A DNA stretch of 64,000 nucleotides, taken from Cenococcum geophilum (taxonomy: Eukaryota). The notes below the pieces were generated by a model that worked only from the letters and a program-made list of their open reading frames with translations, ran no database searches and had not been told where the DNA came from. How positions within the stretch are numbered: the stretch's first letter is position 1; each line of letters opens with the position of its first letter. Of the stretch, positions 60,301 through 64,000 are shown piece after piece. The stretch is taken from the NCBI GenBank assembly GCA_050273025.1, contig CP158635.1:28024001-28088000 (forward strand). The letters run 5' to 3'. The position numbers were made by a program, and so were the translations under genes.

Positions 60301-62674
60301 TACCTATTAAAGCCTATAACTTAATTAGAATAGTAGAACGCTATTACAGTCCCCTTTGCCGTATATACCGTATTATTACTATAAAACTACCGGACATTAA
60401 TAAAGATATAGCTCTATAAATGGCTTTTAAGGTAATTAACGATTTAGTAGGCCCTAACGGCCTTATACCTACCTTACTGGTATTTAGAGCTTACCTACGC
60501 ATAGTAGAATCCGATATACTTAACCCTATAGTTATATAACAAGCTATAGCCCTTAGGAAAGCTATAGAAGAAGTTAAGAAGATTAGAGCTAAACATTAAG
60601 TAGTAGATGCTCTTAATATACGCAACGGCCCTAAAACAACCGCAATTTACGACCTACTACTTAACTTACTTATACTGGCATGGAGAGAAGGACCTATAGG
60701 CTAGCCTAGTTTTTAGTTAGGTCCCTATAATCTACTTAGTATTAATAATAAGACCTATACTATACAACTCCCCTACGGCCCTATTAACTTTCGCAGTATA
60801 GTTATAAAACTATACTTATAAGAACCTAGAGATATAGAGGACGTATAACCTAATAACGAGAACGAACTACCTTAGTTAATCGTGGAACTACCTTAGGAAC
60901 CTTAACTAGTTAAGTAAAGACAAGGTAAACCACGCAAGTATTCTATCGCAGTTAATACTGTAAATATATCTATATACTTATAAGATAAGAATAAAACTAA
61001 TAGTTAGTTTACAGCCTTACAATAGAAAGAGGTTAAAGAACTACTTAAGAAAGGAGTCTTTAAATTAGTTAATATTAAGGACGTACTTTAAGGCAACAGA
61101 GTATTTAACTCTAGATTTATCAATAAAATTAAGAATCCCAGTACTAATAAGGCCTTTAAGAAATCAAGACTAGTTATACAGGCCTATAACGACCTAGAAA
61201 AAGACCTTATACTAACCTAATTACCTATAATTTAACGAGTTAGCCAACGCCTTATTCTTTATATTATAGCCATAACCTAGACTAATAATATACACCTTTA
61301 CTTACGAGACATCTTATAAGCCTACGTTTAGTTAATTATAAAACTAAATTAAGACTTTTATATCTAAGCACCTCTTAAACTTAGTATAGCACTTAGAGTC
61401 TTATAAGGCACAATCCTTAAGGTTGTTAGACCTTTATACGGCATCCTAGAAGTAGGCAATTATTAGTTTAAAACCTATTACAACCACTATACTAAGGAGT
61501 TAAATATAAACCAATCTACTTATAACCCCTGCTTACTCTACCTTAATAATTCTACAAGCTTTAGAATAGTTGGCCTTTAAACTAATAATACCCTCTTCTT
61601 AGCTAATTTGGTTTTTGTAGCTTTAAAATAAGAAAAGATTAAGAAAGTAAAGTTTCTAATTAAGGAACGCGAGTACCTTATACTAAAGCACCTAATTAAG
61701 TTCAACGGAGGCATTATTTAATAATAGGACTATATAATTATACTTATATAGGAGCGCCAATGCTAGAACCTAACCCTTATTAATATTAAGGAAGCTATTA
61801 TAATAACTAGCTCTAGAGGTACTATTTATATAGCACTTACACCTAAGGACCAATACGTTGCCTAATAAGTAAGAGGAGCTTATATTGTGTCTGTATGCCA
61901 GCCTAAAGCTTCTTTTAATTTATCCTACGCTGCCTAGGTAATTAACCCTAACAAGAAAGACACAAAACTACTTAATAAGAGAATTTAGTAGCAAATTAAA
62001 AACTTAATAAGAGGTTTAAGCTTTGTTAAACTTAATATAGAGACACTTTAACTGCTTATATTCACCAATTCCTTATTTATAAATAATAAGGACCTCTTAT
62101 TATAAATTGGATATATCCTAGTACTAGCAGACTTATTAAATAAGGCGAATATCGTCTACTAGTCCTTAGTTAAGTGCAAAAGAGTCACTAGAAGCGTACT
62201 AGCCTCTAAATTATACGCTATAGCCTATGGTTTTAATATCAGCGCTATAATTAAGGCCATAGTCGAACTATAACTTAATATCAGCCTACCGCTTATCCTT
62301 TGCACCAATTCTAAGTTAATTTATAAATACCTTATTAAGCTAGAAACAATATAGGAGAAGAGACTTATAATTAATGTTATATGCCTACGCCAGTTATACA
62401 AAAGACGTAAAATAGCTAAAGTTAAGTAGATTAACGGAGATAGTAACCTTGTGGACGCTATGACTAAAAGCAAACCGTTATTAGCCCTTAAGCGACTTAT
62501 TAATACAAACCGAATTAAGTTAGAGACGGTAGAATGGGTAAAACGTTCTACTAATAATAGCGTTAATTTAGAGGCATAGGGTAGGGAAGGAAGGGAGGAG
62601 AAGTGCGTATATAGATTTCTCGGACTACATAGTTATAGCCTACTAGTTCTTTATATTTTCTAAAATACTCCTAG

Positions 62675-62947
62675 TATAGCTAGAAGCGTTAGACATATCG
62701 CGAGGATAGCTAACGCGCTAGTAGTAAGCGAACTAATAGTATAATGGCAGAATATAGCAGAATATGGCAGGATACGGCTAATACGCTAGTAGTAAGCAAG
62801 CTAATAGTAAAGTGGCAGAATATAGCAGAATATAGTAGGACGCGCCTAATATATATGTGTGACGCGCGTTATAAGTAGAAAAATAATAATCTACTAATAA
62901 TACCGTATAGTACATATTATTGTAATATATATATTCTGCACGTTATT
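62675..62947 (+). repeat. 3' LTR of Copia element 1 (interrupted)
   Basis: Matches 57097-57369 with transition differences; similarity stops at 62947. Confidence 0.88.
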
Positions 62948-64000
62948 TGTTAGTGTTACAGGGTAACTTATTAATGCTACTCGAGTAAATACAGTAAATA
63001 TTAGTTGATAAAGCTTGTTGTTTAGAATTAGGGGGTAGGTAAGGAACCTAAGGTTCCTCACCACGCTAGTGCCGCGGCGACACGTGACGACACGTGACGA
63101 CCGCTTACCTCATTCCCGACACTAGCAACTCTTCTTTTGTAGTTGCCATCTATATATACTTATAGATTGCTACTATATAAAGATATAAAGCTAAGGAAAA
63201 GAAGAAGAAGAAATAAAGGGGAAGAGGTAGTATAGGTAGATATACGGGTTTATACAAAGATATTAGTTCCGCTTACCGCTCTTAGCTAAGCTAATAGTAA
63301 TTTTCTATCCCGGGGATAGAAAATTCTAATTAGCTAGCTTAATAAATAGCGTTAATAGAACTCTACACCGCCACCCAAATTAATTAGGTGTGGCGCTCTT
63401 AGCAAGAATCTAACTAATTAGATAACTTTAACTGGCGGTTAAAGTTTTATAAAATCTTAACTTCTTTAAATTTCCCTTTTAACCTAACCTTTAACTTATA
63501 TATATAAAGTATTTATGTTAACAAACGTCTCTAGTGCCTTGTTTAGGTTTGCCTTTATTATTATATCTACTAGGTTATCTTAGCTATTAATCTATTAGAT
63601 CTTAAAGAGTTTTTAACGCTTATAGGACTACTAAAGTGCTATAATATTAATTATAAGGCGCTTTTCCTTTATAGTACTAAGCTTAACTAAACACTTATAG
63701 AAGAAATATAAGTCGGTGTACACGATTATAGGGATAATAGGAAGTTTAAGTTAATCTATAATTATTTTAAGGGTAGTTCCAATTGTAATTGCTATATTAA
63801 CTCCACTAACTATTTTATATATCTCTAACGCTAAAACGCTTTAAGTAACGTATTTGCTCTTAGTTAAGCTTTAATAGATAAGATTGCCGTAGATTATAAA
63901 GTTATTCTCTCTAGTAGATTTGTTTGCTATAATAATCTTATATCCTAACTAGGAGCTAAAATCTTTATTATTTACAAACGATCTATTAATAAACATAAAT
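62948..64000 (-). mobile_element. Second Copia element (3' end, reverse orientation) nested in the 3' LTR of element 1
   Basis: Minus strand gives a degenerate RNase H end (SVLALEIY..., IPIIVYTD, KCLVKLSTIKEKRLII), a purine-rich tract, then a 420-bp TGTAGAG...CACTAACA LTR (63367-62948). Confidence 0.85.

Larger units (their letters stand above)
57097..62947 (+). mobile_element. Ty1/Copia LTR retrotransposon, near full length, RIP-inactivated
   Basis: Paired LTRs; stop-riddled motifs in Copia order: protease (IIDIGAS), pre-integrase (RFSHP), integrase, RT (KSRLVIQAYND, LYLRDI, RPLYG), RNase H (KCKRVTRSVLAS, DAMTK). Confidence 0.93.

Overview
This is eukaryotic, intron-rich DNA from a filamentous ascomycete (GT-AG introns with CTRAY branch points; RIP-type C>T/G>A decay of transposons). 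The first ~56 kb is gene-dense. Housekeeping-type genes: GH18 chitinase, secreted alpha/beta-hydrolase with a divergent Zn2Cys6 factor, kinetochore Spc105/KNL1, ribosomal uS17/RPS11, PRC2 catalytic subunit (EZH2/KMT6 homolog), XPG/Rad2, a membrane pseudo-aspartic protease, a GPI cell-wall protein, succinate-semialdehyde dehydrogenase, a divergent calmodulin and a C2H2 factor. Accessory-type genes: a NACHT-WD40 NLR, a T5orf172/GIY-YIG protein, a broken alanine-glyoxylate aminotransferase and a large Zn-finger/P-loop/RING/patatin protein. The last ~7.4 kb is an AT-rich, RIP-degraded nest of two Copia LTR retrotransposons. Smaller mobile relics are a hAT deletion derivative with a perfect 8-bp TSD, two piggyBac-like C-terminal fragments, fold-back elements and a dispersed ~35-55 bp repeat. 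The best candidate for an undescribed system is the NLR. Two small 5' exons that the ORF track does not join to it encode no effector domain but a G/N/Q/T-rich amyloid-signalling-like motif (NQFHGPLQTQTGNLLAGNTFNTGGGPVNF). Its 13 near-identical WD40 repeats come in two length classes with hypervariable loop insertions, and the gene lies between direct copies of a short repeat. Exon boundaries were read by eye and family assignments rest on motif recognition; no database searches were run.
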